Virus record (IMG/VR): IMGVR_UViG_2734482532_000005
DNA: 8,785 nucleotides
Strand: one strand, 5' to 3'
Origin: a virus
Lineage: Duplodnaviria > Heunggongvirae > Uroviricota > Caudoviricetes
Positions 8,596 to 8,785 of the stretch are shown here, one piece after another (the stretch's first letter is position 1; every line of letters starts with the position of its first letter). The notes under the pieces are model-generated. The model did no database searches. It was given only the letters and a program-made list of their open reading frames with translations, and was not told the DNA's origin. The translations under genes and the position numbers were made by a program.

Positions 8596-8617
8596 AATAT
8601 TTATAACCCCAATAAAT

Positions 8618-8644
8618 GGCGTCAGGAATGACGCCTTTTTTATT
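8618..8644 (+). terminator. Rho-independent terminator downstream of J
   Basis: Perfect 7-bp GC-rich inverted repeat GGCGTCA (8618-8624) / TGACGCC (8629-8635) with a 4-nt GGAA loop, immediately followed by TTTTTTATT (8636-8644), starting 23 nt after the J stop. Confidence 0.82.
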
Positions 8645-8654
8645 GCAGAAAAGC

Positions 8655-8660
8655 GAGAGG
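8655..8660 (+). promoter_or_regulatory. Shine-Dalgarno (GAGAGG) for lom, 5 nt upstream of the ATG at 8666
   Basis: Purine-rich GAGAGG at 8655-8660 ahead of ATG 8666-8668. Confidence 0.6.
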
Positions 8661-8665
8661 TAATT

Positions 8666-8785
8666 ATGCGTAAAGTTTGTGCAGCCATTTTGTCCGCAGC
8701 CATTTGCCTGGCCGTATCCGGTGCGCCTGCATGGGCGTCTGAACATCAGTCCACGCTGAGCGCGGGGTATCTTCATGCCCGGACC
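8666..8785 (+). CDS. lom: Outer membrane protein Lom (Ail/Lom/PagC family beta-barrel), 3'-partial; N-terminal signal peptide present
   Basis: ATG at 8666 with an upstream Shine-Dalgarno. Translation MRKVCAAILSAAICLAVSGAPAWASEHQSTLSAGYLHAR... has a typical Sec signal peptide (hydrophobic core, A-x-A cleavage motif) and matches the N-terminus of lambda Lom as I recall it. The position immediately downstream of J is canonical. The ORF runs off the window end, which is why it is absent from the ORF track. Confidence 0.85.
   Translation, partial: MRKVCAAILSAAICLAVSGAPAWASEHQSTLSAGYLHART

Noticed and set aside
8592-8607. Possible sigma70-like hexamers TTGAAA (8592-8597) and TATAAC (8602-8607) at the J 3' end as a lom promoter
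   Set aside because: The two hexamers are only 4 nt apart, not 16-18 nt, and no good partner hexamer lies at proper spacing for either. They also sit upstream of a strong terminator. There is not enough support to annotate a promoter.
1-8785. Search for tRNA, attachment site, integrase, CRISPR repeats or toxin-antitoxin pairs
   Set aside because: No cloverleaf-like structures, direct-repeat arrays or small paired ORFs are visible. The entire window is accounted for by tightly packed tail genes plus the lom start.

Overview
This window is the distal tail-assembly module of a lambda-like (lambdoid) siphovirus or prophage from an enterobacterial host, all on the + strand in the canonical lambda order: tape measure H (5' end cut by the window edge) -> M -> L -> K -> I -> J -> intrinsic terminator -> start of lom (3' end cut by the window edge). 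Gene identities rest on direct reading of the translated ORFs, which closely match lambda gpH, gpM, gpL, gpK, gpI, gpJ and Lom as I recall them; no database search was run. Four N-runs (686-974, 2138-2466, 3211-3540, 6356-6629) hide parts of H, H, L and J. Two of them (in H and in J) are flanked by coding sequence in different reading frames, which is why the ORF track splits H and J into two pieces each. I see no RNA genes, CRISPR arrays, integrase, transposase or recognisable defence system in the visible sequence. The most interesting visible signals are a J C-terminus that differs from lambda and drops in GC (likely a swapped receptor-binding domain), the K/I peptidase plus ubiquitin-like pairing, and the frame breaks across two masked segments. 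All long minus-strand ORFs are antisense artefacts of the GC-rich + strand genes. Anything novel, if present, would have to lie inside the masked intervals, which cannot be assessed.
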